A DNA stretch of 64,000 nucleotides from Alphaproteobacteria bacterium (GTDB lineage: Bacteria > Pseudomonadota > Alphaproteobacteria > UBA828), in contig CBDCQT010000013.1 in assembly GCA_965220745.1 (NCBI GenBank), positions 736,001 to 800,000 on the forward strand. Reading direction: 5' to 3'. Each line of letters opens with the position of its first letter. The first letter of the stretch is position 1. The position numbers and the translations under genes are program-made. The notes beneath the pieces were generated by a model. It made no database searches. It was not told where the DNA came from and was given only the letters and a program-made list of their open reading frames with translations. This document shows, one piece after another, positions 19,226-28,003 of the stretch.

Positions 19226-19712
19226 GGTCGATTCCCTCCCAACCCTGGACGCGGACAATTGCCTTGCCGCCGGCGACCTCGACCTCGGGGGCGCGATCGG
19301 GGCGGGGCCGGACCGTGACCACCGGCTTGTTGCCGGGGGGCGGCGGCGGATCGGAAACTTCCGTGGTGACCGTCGCGGCGTCATCGACGAATCGGATCTG
19401 CGCGGTGCCCCCTGTCACCTCGACGGCGCCGGGCGGGCGGGGGCCGGTCAGGGTGACGACCGGCGGTTCGCCCTTCTCCGTAAACCTGGCCGGCACGGGC
19501 AGAGACTTGCCGTCGTCCCACGGATCCTCGTCCCGGCCCATGCAACAAGCATCCACGAAGCTCGGCCCGCAGTGGTCCACCGGCTTCCAGTTGGGGTCCT
19601 GGTTGGCCACCTCGATGGCTTTCTCCAGCGCCTCCTCGAGGGTCTCGGCTTCGACCGAGACCGTGTTGGCGTGGTATGCGGCATAAGAAGCTTGCACCGT
19701 GTACCAGGTCAT
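19218..19712 (-). CDS. hypothetical protein
   Basis: 164 aa, overlaps both neighbours in operon fashion. Confidence 0.65.
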   Translation of the reverse strand: MTWYTVQASYAAYHANTVSVEAETLEEALEKAIEVANQDPNWKPVDHCGPSFVDACCMGRDEDPWDDGKSLPVPARFTEKGEPPVVTLTGPRPPGAVEVTGGTAQIRFVDDAATVTTEVSDPPPPPGNKPVVTVRPRPDRAPEVEVAGGKAIVRVQGWEGIDHA

Positions 19713-21463
19713 GCCGCCACCCCCTGCGGCGCCGGAGTCTCGGGGCCGAACTCGACCGCGACCTTGCCTTCTCGGACCTTGATGGAAACCTCGCGGTCGC
19801 GCGGAATGACCCAGAGGATCTCGCGCCAGACGGCTTCCGCGATCGTGTGCTTCCTGGCCTCGTCCTCCGTGGCGAGAAGCTTGATCGCCATGTGCGTCGC
19901 GTCCTCGCGGAAACGCCGGCGCTGGGTGTCGTGGCTGTCCGCGTCCGGGTCGTCGGAGGCCGAGAAATACGCCGCCTGCAGGAGCTGGCAGAGTGCCGGG
20001 GGCTGCAGGTCGCTGTCCCTGGTGACGAGCGGATGCGCGTCCTCGACCCAGGAGCCGTCCTCGCCGATGAAGGCGACGTCGGCCGGGATGGCGATGGTCT
20101 CGGGCGGCCCGTCCCTGTGCGCTACGTCAAGGTGAATGTGGATGGCCTCGGGCCGCGCCAGCGTGTCCGGCAGGCCCGGCGCGGTGGCGGTATCCGGCGA
20201 AGAAGACCCGTCCGTGCCGCGCAGGGCATCGAGCAAGTGGGTGGCGTCCGCCTCGGTGATGTCGATGCGCACGCCCTCCACCCGCGCCAGCGCGTCGTAC
20301 CAGTCGTATCCCTCCAGGCGCGTGTCGGCCTCGAACAGACGGCCGGCGATCCCTGCCCGTTCCGCCGCCCGCCAGAGGCATTGCTGGTCCTGGGTCTCGG
20401 GATCGACCGCCATGACCAGGGTGTCGGGGCGGACCGGCTCACGGTCCGGCGTGTCGCGCCAGTCGTCGATATCGGCGATGGCCGGGCGCCAGGGGCGGAG
20501 CACGGCAGGCGCGATCGGCATGTCGATGCCCGCCTTCCGGGCCGCGGTGAAGCGGGCGTGGGAGAGCGCAGGCGTGCGGTCGGCGGCGCGCATGGCCCGG
20601 TAGATGGCGACGCGGGCCGCCTGGCGCATCTCGTCCAGGAAGGGCGTCTGCACCGCCTCGCGGCGGGCGGGCAGGACCAGCTCCAGCTCGGGGCAGGTGT
20701 CGACGTCGGCGCGCACTGACCAGGTGCCGCCGTCGATGGTGTCCATCGTGGGCAGGCACACGGAGAGCGTGAGTCCGTGGAAGTTGAGGTCGGAGTTGTT
20801 GAAGCCGGGGAACCTGCTGTCGAAGACGCCGAAGGAGAGTCCCTGCCAGCGCTCGACGTGAAGGGCGCCGTGGAGGAAGGACGTGCGCTCGACAGCCTCG
20901 CCGTTGACAGCCACGGCCAGCGGGCAGTGGCGCGCCGCGGCAGCGAAGGCGGCGCGGATGCCTTCCCGGCCCTCTTCCGCGCGGAAGGAGATCGCGGTGC
21001 CGCTGGGCAGGGGGGCATCTTCGCAGGAATCAATCCGGGCTTCCTGCTTTCCGAGGAAACAGTCGGGCGTGAGCTCGACGCGCCAACCGGGCATGGGTGC
21101 GCGCCCGGCGGTGCCCGGCCGCGATGAGATGACGCAGCCGCGCTTGGACAGCGCATAGACGCCCATGCCGGCGGGGTCCTCGCGCTTTGCCGTGGTGGCG
21201 TTCCAGCCGCTCTCGCCGAAGGAGAGGAGGACGGCCGGGTCGGCGATGCCGAAACCGTCGTCGGTAACGGTGACGACGGTGCCGCCCTCGGGCACGTCCT
21301 CGGTGGCAACGTCGAGGCGTGTGGCGCCGCTGCGGCGTGAGTTCTGGATCAGCTCCGCCGCCGCGTCCGCGACGGTTGCGTTGAAGAATCTCGAGACCCG
21401 GTCGATGGCGCCGTCGTGGACGCGGGCCCGGATCGTGGCGGGCAGTCGTGAAGGATCGTTCAT
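19709..21463 (-). CDS. GHKL (HATPase_c) ATPase-domain protein
   Basis: ELIQNSRRSGA, VTDDGFGI, FGESGW, EDPAGMG motifs. Confidence 0.82.
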   Translation of the reverse strand: MNDPSRLPATIRARVHDGAIDRVSRFFNATVADAAAELIQNSRRSGATRLDVATEDVPEGGTVVTVTDDGFGIADPAVLLSFGESGWNATTAKREDPAGMGVYALSKRGCVISSRPGTAGRAPMPGWRVELTPDCFLGKQEARIDSCEDAPLPSGTAISFRAEEGREGIRAAFAAAARHCPLAVAVNGEAVERTSFLHGALHVERWQGLSFGVFDSRFPGFNNSDLNFHGLTLSVCLPTMDTIDGGTWSVRADVDTCPELELVLPARREAVQTPFLDEMRQAARVAIYRAMRAADRTPALSHARFTAARKAGIDMPIAPAVLRPWRPAIADIDDWRDTPDREPVRPDTLVMAVDPETQDQQCLWRAAERAGIAGRLFEADTRLEGYDWYDALARVEGVRIDITEADATHLLDALRGTDGSSSPDTATAPGLPDTLARPEAIHIHLDVAHRDGPPETIAIPADVAFIGEDGSWVEDAHPLVTRDSDLQPPALCQLLQAAYFSASDDPDADSHDTQRRRFREDATHMAIKLLATEDEARKHTIAEAVWREILWVIPRDREVSIKVREGKVAVEFGPETPAPQGVAA

Positions 21464-21575
21464 GGCGTTGATCTCCCATGAAAGCGGTGGACGGAAATGC
21501 GCCCCGCCGAACGGACCCGAGGGCCGCTGACCCGAGGGCCGCCGACCGGCGGGGCGCAGGGAAGTGACGCGGCGC

Positions 21576-24164
21576 CTACGAACGGCGCAGGAAGGCGGGG
21601 ATATCCAGCGCGTCGCCGCCGCTCGCGCTGGCGGTATCGTGGCCGTTGCCCGGGACCGGCGGCGCGGGCGGGATGTCTTCGGCGGATGAATCGCCGTTGC
21701 CGTCACCGCCGTTCTCGAAGCCGACGGTGTTGACGATCACCCTGGGTCCGCCGCCCGCGACAGGCACGGCGTTCACGGCGTCGATCGCGTCGTGGCCGGT
21801 GGGGGCGATGGTTTCACCATCGGGGGCGCCGGGCGATCCGGTGGTCTCCGGCACAGGGGTGCCGTTGGACGATTCGGACGGGTCAGCCTGTTCCGCATCG
21901 GCGGTATCGGGCGCCCGGCTCTCGGTGGCCTCGCCGTCGGCGTCCGGTTCGGGCTGCTCCGCCGCGGCGTCCTGCTGTCCACCGGACTGCGCGTCGTCCG
22001 AAGGTTCCGCGTCCACGGGTGAAGTCTCCTGCGCGGAGTCGGCCTCGGCCGCACAGGGCGCGGGCTCCGTCACCGTCTGACCGGACGCTGCTCCCTCGGC
22101 CTGGGCCGGCGTCGCCGCATCGCCGTCGTCGGCGTGGCCTGTGTCGAAAGCGGCGAAGCCGGGCGGCACCCAGGCCAGCGCAGCCGCGCGTCCTTCCTTC
22201 GGGACGCCCAGAGGCACTGCGTCTCCGGCCGCGAAGGCGGTCTCCATTGCCGTGGCGAGCGCCGCCTTCTTGTCTTTGCGGTGGGTGTGCGCCCACTCGA
22301 TGCCCAGGGTCTCGCGGGCGACCTTGAGCATCCGGTCCTTGCGCACCCGCGACCAGAACATTTCGGCGGTTGGACGGACGTGCTCCGCGAACTCGATGTC
22401 GAGCCGCGCCACCGTCGATTCCGTCTCGGGCCGCGCATTGGCCTCGAAGGCGAGCTGGCCCTTGAGCGTGCGCGCGACGCAGGCGGCGAACAGCCGCTTC
22501 TTGTCCTTAGGGGCAAGTGCCCTCAGCGCGGCGAAGGATTCCGCGCCGTCCCCGATCTCCAGCCACTCGAAGCGGAGCGAGGAGCGATCTTCCAGCATGG
22601 CCTCGCCGGGGCTCGACTCGTGGAACGTGTCGTCGTTGGCACGGAGCGGCGGACGGTCCGGGGTCTCGCGCACCGCGATGTCGAGCGCATGGTCGTGATA
22701 GCCGGGGGTGAACACCGCGCGCCCCATCTGGAACAGCATGAGGTCGAAGGCGGCCCCGAAGTCGTCGGCGAGATGCGCCTTGACCAGCGTGGTCCTGATA
22801 GCGCGGAGATCGTCGGCGAGTCCGATGCCCACGCCGGCCTCCTTGCGCGCCTCGGCCTCCGGGTCGGGCCGCGCGGGCGGCATGGCCGGGCCGGAGACGG
22901 AGGGGGACTGGATGCCGGAGCCGACCTGTCGGCCGTCGTCCTGACCGACACCGTCCTGGGAGGCGGCGCCCGACGTGGCGGTGTCGGGATCGGCCGGCAT
23001 GTCCTCGGGCTTGACCAGACCATGCACGACCTGGAGCGTGCCGTCGTTGCCGACTGTGACGATGCACCCGGCGATGGAGATATCCTCTGGCTTGAAGACG
23101 GCGCGGGCCTTGACGGCATCCTGGATCTGCTCGAGGCGGGTGTCGATGCCCTCGGCTTCCTCGGCCAGGGTCTCGGTCCACTCGTCGTCGTCCAACTCGG
23201 CGAACTCGCCCTGACGGGTGTGCAGGCGCTCGATTTCGGCCTGCTCCTCGCAGGTCTGCTCGGCCGGGGTGGGATGCACGCGTCCGAAGCGGGCGAGATC
23301 GGACCACTCGACGTCGAGCCGGGCCTCGGCCCACTTCCAGCGGGTCGCGAGCTCGTCCGCCGCCACCTTGATCCGGTCCATGGCGAGCTGCATCAAGAGC
23401 GCCGGGTCTTCCAGCCAGACGCCGTTCTCGTGCTCGTCAGCGAAGAGGTCGCGCAGCACCGGTCCGCCGGCCGCCTCGTAGGCGTCGATGCCGACGAAGC
23501 GGGCGAGCGCGGCACCGGCGGGGATGCGGTCCTCGGTGAGCATGCGCCTGATCTGCCAATCGGTGGGCCGGTAGCCCTGGTCCTTGACCTGCTCCCACAC
23601 CGCCATCTGGCGCGCGGTGTCAGTAGTGACGGCGAAGGCCTTGAGGGTGGCCAGGTCGATGGCGTTCTCCCGGTAGGCGTCGAGCAGCTCCGGCGCGGCG
23701 TGGCCGAGGCGGAGGCGCTGCTCGACGATGCGCTCGGAGACGCCGAAACGGGCGGCGATGTCGGCAACGGTGGCGCCGGCGAGGGCAAGCGCGCCGAAGG
23801 CCTGGACCTGGTCTGCGGGGTGCATTGCGACGTGGAGCACGTTCTCGGCGAGCGAGATCTCGGTGTCGCTCACGCCGTTCTCGATGACACGGCAGGGCAC
23901 GGGGAAGTCGGAAGAGATGGTGCCCTTGCTGGCGAGCTCGTCGAGCGCGGCCAGGCGCCTGGCGCCTGCGATGACAGCGAAGCGCTCGCCGCCGTCCTCG
24001 CCGGGGCCGATGGAACGGGCCACAAGGTTCTCGATGAGGCCGTGGGCGGCGATGGATGCCTTGAGCTCGGCGAAGGCGGCCTTGCCGGCCTCGGTCCTGC
24101 GGACGTTGGCGGGCGAGCGCTCCAGCCGGTCGAGGGGGATGGATCGGATGACGGGGTCGTGCAT
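21576..24164 (-). CDS. ParB-like protein with long acidic tail
   Basis: IPLDRL...NVR...ELKASIAAHGLIENLV...VIAGARR...SLAEN...MHPADQ; ends LDIPAFLRRS. Confidence 0.88.
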   Translation of the reverse strand: MHDPVIRSIPLDRLERSPANVRRTEAGKAAFAELKASIAAHGLIENLVARSIGPGEDGGERFAVIAGARRLAALDELASKGTISSDFPVPCRVIENGVSDTEISLAENVLHVAMHPADQVQAFGALALAGATVADIAARFGVSERIVEQRLRLGHAAPELLDAYRENAIDLATLKAFAVTTDTARQMAVWEQVKDQGYRPTDWQIRRMLTEDRIPAGAALARFVGIDAYEAAGGPVLRDLFADEHENGVWLEDPALLMQLAMDRIKVAADELATRWKWAEARLDVEWSDLARFGRVHPTPAEQTCEEQAEIERLHTRQGEFAELDDDEWTETLAEEAEGIDTRLEQIQDAVKARAVFKPEDISIAGCIVTVGNDGTLQVVHGLVKPEDMPADPDTATSGAASQDGVGQDDGRQVGSGIQSPSVSGPAMPPARPDPEAEARKEAGVGIGLADDLRAIRTTLVKAHLADDFGAAFDLMLFQMGRAVFTPGYHDHALDIAVRETPDRPPLRANDDTFHESSPGEAMLEDRSSLRFEWLEIGDGAESFAALRALAPKDKKRLFAACVARTLKGQLAFEANARPETESTVARLDIEFAEHVRPTAEMFWSRVRKDRMLKVARETLGIEWAHTHRKDKKAALATAMETAFAAGDAVPLGVPKEGRAAALAWVPPGFAAFDTGHADDGDAATPAQAEGAASGQTVTEPAPCAAEADSAQETSPVDAEPSDDAQSGGQQDAAAEQPEPDADGEATESRAPDTADAEQADPSESSNGTPVPETTGSPGAPDGETIAPTGHDAIDAVNAVPVAGGGPRVIVNTVGFENGGDGNGDSSAEDIPPAPPVPGNGHDTASASGGDALDIPAFLRRS

Positions 24165-24290
24165 GAAACGGTCTCCGGGAATGCGTGGATGGGGAGAGGA
24201 GCGACTCCCTCCACGGAAATCGATCCTCGCCACGCGGCCGGGCTGACCGGGACACTCGTCGCCGTATCGGCGGGGACATGTGGGAAAGAT

Positions 24291-25199
24291 TCAGTCGGTG
24301 CAGTGGCAGTCGAAGGAGTCCGACTCGGCGCTCTCGCCGGAGGATGCCGCCGCATCGTCGAACAGGTCGCGGTGGGCAAGCGCCGCGGCCTTGAGCTCAA
24401 CGTAGGTCTCGGCGAGGCGGAAGCGCTTCATGGATTCGCAGGCGCGGCCGTCGGGGCCGGTGCGCTTCGCCACCCTGGACTCCTGTTCGATCCACCAGTC
24501 GGCGAGAGTGGGGTCCTCGCGGATGAGGCGGATCAGCTTGGAACGAGCCTTCACCATGCAGAGCGTGCAGTTTCCGGCGTAGGAGGGAATGCTGAGATCG
24601 AAGGGTTGGCGCTTCCACCAGTCGAGGACGTCCGACTCGCGGACCCCGTCATCGGCCAGCGGCAGCACGGCGCGGGCGCCGGTGCGCGAGCCGCAGTTAC
24701 GGGCGCGCATCCTCAAGACACGTCGCTGTTCGTCGGCGCGCAGCCCGATCACCGAATGCCAGTGCTTGAGGCCGAGGCGGTAGCGGGCGAAGGAGTCGAT
24801 CCTGTCGCGCTTCAGAAACGAGGAGCAGAATTTAGTGGTGATGTTTGGGACGAATCCCTTGCGATCGATGAGCGCGGCATAGGGCTCGCCGTTGCGGGAC
24901 GCGGTGGCGAAGTCGACGACGCGGGTGCGGCGCGGCGCGTCCCAGTCGTACTCGACCCAGTGCACCGTGACCGACCAGGCTGCGGCGCACGTGTCTACAA
25001 AATCCAAAGTCTCAGGGCGTTCCATTCCGGTATTGGCGTAGACGACCGCAATGTCTGAGGGGAGCCGGCCACCGTAGGCGTCGACGATCTTTTTCAGCAT
25101 GAATCCCGAAGTGCGGCCGCCGGAGAAACTGATCACGGCAGGGAGCGGCACGCGGTAGGGATTCCGTATCGTGCGGGGGAGACGGGCGGCGGCGGTCAT
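24291..25199 (-). CDS. PAPS-reductase-family (PP-loop) protein, phage/MGE type
   Basis: ISFSGGRTSG, YANTGMERPETLDF, FCSSFLK, IGLRADEQRR, GNCTLC, terminal CHCTD. Confidence 0.85.
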   Translation of the reverse strand: MTAAARLPRTIRNPYRVPLPAVISFSGGRTSGFMLKKIVDAYGGRLPSDIAVVYANTGMERPETLDFVDTCAAAWSVTVHWVEYDWDAPRRTRVVDFATASRNGEPYAALIDRKGFVPNITTKFCSSFLKRDRIDSFARYRLGLKHWHSVIGLRADEQRRVLRMRARNCGSRTGARAVLPLADDGVRESDVLDWWKRQPFDLSIPSYAGNCTLCMVKARSKLIRLIREDPTLADWWIEQESRVAKRTGPDGRACESMKRFRLAETYVELKAAALAHRDLFDDAAASSGESAESDSFDCHCTD

Positions 25200-25618
25200 C
25201 GTCCGCGCTCCGTGCCCCGGGAGCGGCCGCCCGAGTGCTTGTCGCAATGCCTGTCGGCGTCGGCGATCGCGATGTCGAAGGCGTGGACGATGCAGCTGTG
25301 ATTGGTCTGGTCGTTGTAAGTGGTGGCCTCCGTGTAGTGGCCGAGGGTGAGCGCCCGCACGGTGTTCGTGAGAATGGTCCCGGCCTGGTTGCGGGCATGC
25401 TGTAGCGGCGGCGGGATGTCCAGGGAATCCGCATGGCGGTACATGGCGCAGTTGATCGCGCCGGTGGCGCACCACGAGACGGCGTCCTCGTGCTCGACGC
25501 CGACGGGCTCGCCCTCGGCGTCGCGCGCGGCGGCGCCCTGGGTCCAGTCCTCGGGCCTGGCGATGAGCGTGCGCGCCTCGACGAGGAGGTCGCGGGGCGT
25601 GGGGGCGGTGGCGGTCAT
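25196..25618 (-). CDS. DUF6197-like protein
   Basis: ARTLI..PEDWTQGAAARD...SWCATGAI...YND...H...FD.AI. Confidence 0.65.
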   Translation of the reverse strand: MTATAPTPRDLLVEARTLIARPEDWTQGAAARDAEGEPVGVEHEDAVSWCATGAINCAMYRHADSLDIPPPLQHARNQAGTILTNTVRALTLGHYTEATTYNDQTNHSCIVHAFDIAIADADRHCDKHSGGRSRGTERGR

Positions 25619-26370
25619 GGCCGGCTTGCCTCCTTGTCTGGGGCGGAGTCCGCGCGCGCCATGTAGAGGGCGTGGTCGAACATGGCGACGACCTTGGCGT
25701 GAGTGTCGTGTTCGTTGAGGCCGATGTAGCTCTGGTGCTCACCCAGCGCGTAGGCGGCGCAGTCGAGCAGGCGCTCGGCCTGGTCGAAGGGGGACCCGCC
25801 GAGGTTGCCGTCCGGGGGCCGCTCGGTCAGCACGTGGCTGGCAAGGCCGAGCGCGCCTGCGGCGCAGAAGCGGCAGCCGCCGTCGAAGGTGACGAGGGCG
25901 CGGCCGCGCCGGTCGAGGGCGATGGCGCCTTGGGCCCAGCGCTCGGGCCGGGCGATCAGGGTGCGGGCCACGGCGAGGGCGTGGAGCGGGCCGGGAGCGG
26001 GCGGCTTGCGCAGGATGTCGAGCGCTTCGTCGAAACACGCCACGGTCATGGCGTGCGCGGCCTCGGTGCTGAGGAGCCAGGGCGTGCCGGTCCACTTGCG
26101 CCCGGCGATGACGGACGCGTCCTTGAGGTGCTGCTGGGCGTCGAGGAAGTTGACGTGCACCGCGCCGGCGTCGGCGGCCGCCCGATCGAGGGCGCCGACG
26201 GCGCCCCACGCGGCGGCGCGGTCCGAACGTCCTTCGCAGGTGTGGCCGTTGGCGTCGCGGGCGTGGTGGTAGTGGCACCAGCGCGCGGGATCGGCGACGA
26301 TCGCGCGGGCGGTGACGAGAATGGCCGCGAGGACGGTGTGGCGGCCGAGTGTCTCGGCGGAAGGCATCAT
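25615..26370 (-). CDS. tandem two-domain DUF6197-like protein
   Basis: Two copies of the same ARxxI..PxxW..xx.AxD...GAL...H...FD.AL domain; GGAGGA RBS. Confidence 0.65.
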   Translation of the reverse strand: MMPSAETLGRHTVLAAILVTARAIVADPARWCHYHHARDANGHTCEGRSDRAAAWGAVGALDRAAADAGAVHVNFLDAQQHLKDASVIAGRKWTGTPWLLSTEAAHAMTVACFDEALDILRKPPAPGPLHALAVARTLIARPERWAQGAIALDRRGRALVTFDGGCRFCAAGALGLASHVLTERPPDGNLGGSPFDQAERLLDCAAYALGEHQSYIGLNEHDTHAKVVAMFDHALYMARADSAPDKEASRP

Positions 26371-26558
26371 GGGGTGTTCCTCCGTGGTTCGCGAAGGGAG
26401 GCGGCAGGGCGAGAGTTCGGTGCGGTGGGACGGGGGCGGGAGCGCGCCCATGCAGGCCCCGCCCGGGCGCCCTGCGTGAGGCTGCCCGGACCTCCCGGCG
26501 GCGGGAGACGGGGCCGGGGCGCAGGCAGCGAGGTTGTGGCGTAGCTCGGGTGTGAGGG

Positions 26559-26897
26559 TCAGGACGGGCGGGCTTCGCGCGTGTGTGCCCATGGGCACTG
26601 TTGCCACAGCTTGCGCAGCGTGCGCGGCATGCCGGCCCACTCTCCATCGTTGTGGTCGTAGGAGGGCCAGTCCTCGTCGCGCATCCAGGTGGAGCCGTCG
26701 AGCCAGTAGGTGCCGCCGGGGCACTTGCGGCGGATGGGCGCGCCGTCGGCGCGGCGCCATTCGTAGCCGATCAGCGTGTGCTCGTGGTGCGGGGAGCGGT
26801 AGAGGGTGAGCCGCCATTCGTGCTTGCCGATTGTCATGGGCTCCGACTGGCGGAGGATCCGGCTGCCGCCGAAGTCGAACGCGCTCCTCTCCTGCAT
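26559..26897 (-). CDS. hypothetical protein
   Basis: Trp/Tyr-rich, protein-like; TGATG overlap with the upstream gene. Confidence 0.55.
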   Translation of the reverse strand: MQERSAFDFGGSRILRQSEPMTIGKHEWRLTLYRSPHHEHTLIGYEWRRADGAPIRRKCPGGTYWLDGSTWMRDEDWPSYDHNDGEWAGMPRTLRKLWQQCPWAHTREARPS

Positions 26898-27403
26898 CAC
26901 GCGGCCTCCGTGAACGGCTTCATCGTGTAGCTGCACTTGAGGTCGCAGTCCGCGCAGATGGCGACTGCCTCAAAGGTGGAGTGCAACTCCCAGCGCTGCC
27001 AGCGCGTGTCCCAGCGAGCCCATGCGTCGACGCGAACGCTTGTGCCGCCGCAGGCATTGCAGACGGGGCGAACAGGCGGCCCCGCCGCCAGCGCCTTGCG
27101 GGCGGAATCGGCGAGCTGCCTGATATAGGCGCCGATGGGCGCGCGCAGCCTGCCCGAATAGATGTTTCGATGGAGCAGGTCGAGATCCAGCATCAGGGCT
27201 TCCATCTCGGGGCGCAGGTCGCCCATGTGCTGGCGCTGCTCGTCGAGCATGGCGTTCGCGCCGCATTCAGGGCATTCGCCCGCGGGCATGACGTCGCCCA
27301 CGGCGACGCGCTCCGGCAGATAGCGGGGCGCGATCGGCTCGCAGTGCGCGACGGCCCCCTTCCACCCGCAGTCCTGACAGGTGACGGTTTGTACCTTGGT
27401 CAT
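26897..27403 (-). CDS. double Zn-ribbon protein
   Basis: CQDC...CPEC and CNAC...CADC; GAGGAG RBS. Confidence 0.7.
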   Translation of the reverse strand: MTKVQTVTCQDCGWKGAVAHCEPIAPRYLPERVAVGDVMPAGECPECGANAMLDEQRQHMGDLRPEMEALMLDLDLLHRNIYSGRLRAPIGAYIRQLADSARKALAAGPPVRPVCNACGGTSVRVDAWARWDTRWQRWELHSTFEAVAICADCDLKCSYTMKPFTEAA

Positions 27404-27431
27404 GGTGTTGCTCCTCGCAGTGCGGGGGAAA

Positions 27432-27537
27432 TGGTGGGGCGGGCGGGATTCGAACCCGCGAGGTCGTTCCCTCCAGCTGACTCCGGGTACTCCCGTGCAA
27501 GATGCGCGTTCGCAATTTCTCCAGAGCCTCACGCCCC
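27432..27537 (-). ncRNA. non-canonical tRNA-like element (106 nt)
   Basis: 5' GGGGCG pairs with 3' CGCCCC-A-CCA; perfect T arm GCGGG-TTCGAAT-CCCGC; no canonical D or anticodon arm found by eye. Confidence 0.6.
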
Positions 27538-27553
27538 GAGGGCGCCGCTGTGC

Positions 27554-27940
27554 TCACGCCGTCTCGATGCGCAGGTAGCCGCGCGGGACGGTCTCGCGCT
27601 TCGGTGTCTCGAGGTAGACCGCGACCCGGAAGCCGGATGACCCGAGGTCCTCCACGCGGTAGCTGTACCTGTTGGCGGCAAGCCACATGACGTCGGCGAG
27701 GGCCTCCGCGGTCGAGCGGACGCCGAACTTGGTGGCGCGTTCCGGTACCAGCGTGGTGACGATCGTGGCGCCGGGCTCCTGCCTGGCCTCGTCGAGCATC
27801 GCGGAGGCGTTGCACTTCGGGCACTCGCCGGCCGGCACCGTGTCTCCTGGTTGGAGGCGCTCCCAGGCATTCTTGAGCGGGTCGCATTGGTCTGCCGGCC
27901 CGTTCCAGCCGCAATACTGGCAGGTGGCCGTGGGCATCAT
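27554..27940 (-). CDS. Zn-ribbon protein, paralog of 26897-27403 N-terminus
   Basis: TCQYCGW...GDTVPAGECPKC...AMLDE versus TCQDCGW...GDVMPAGECPEC...AMLDE. Confidence 0.7.
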   Translation of the reverse strand: MMPTATCQYCGWNGPADQCDPLKNAWERLQPGDTVPAGECPKCNASAMLDEARQEPGATIVTTLVPERATKFGVRSTAEALADVMWLAANRYSYRVEDLGSSGFRVAVYLETPKRETVPRGYLRIETA

Positions 27941-28003
27941 GGCGTGCTCCTTGATTGGTGGTCTGGCGCTCGGCGGAGGGGCGTAGGCGCCGCTCCCCCG
28001 ACC

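Noticed and set aside
24291-25199. dnd/ssp phosphorothioation operon or cysH
   Set aside because: No partner genes present.
27432-27537. tmRNA or functional canonical tRNA
   Set aside because: Far too short for tmRNA, G3-C70 rather than G3-U70, and no assignable anticodon arm.
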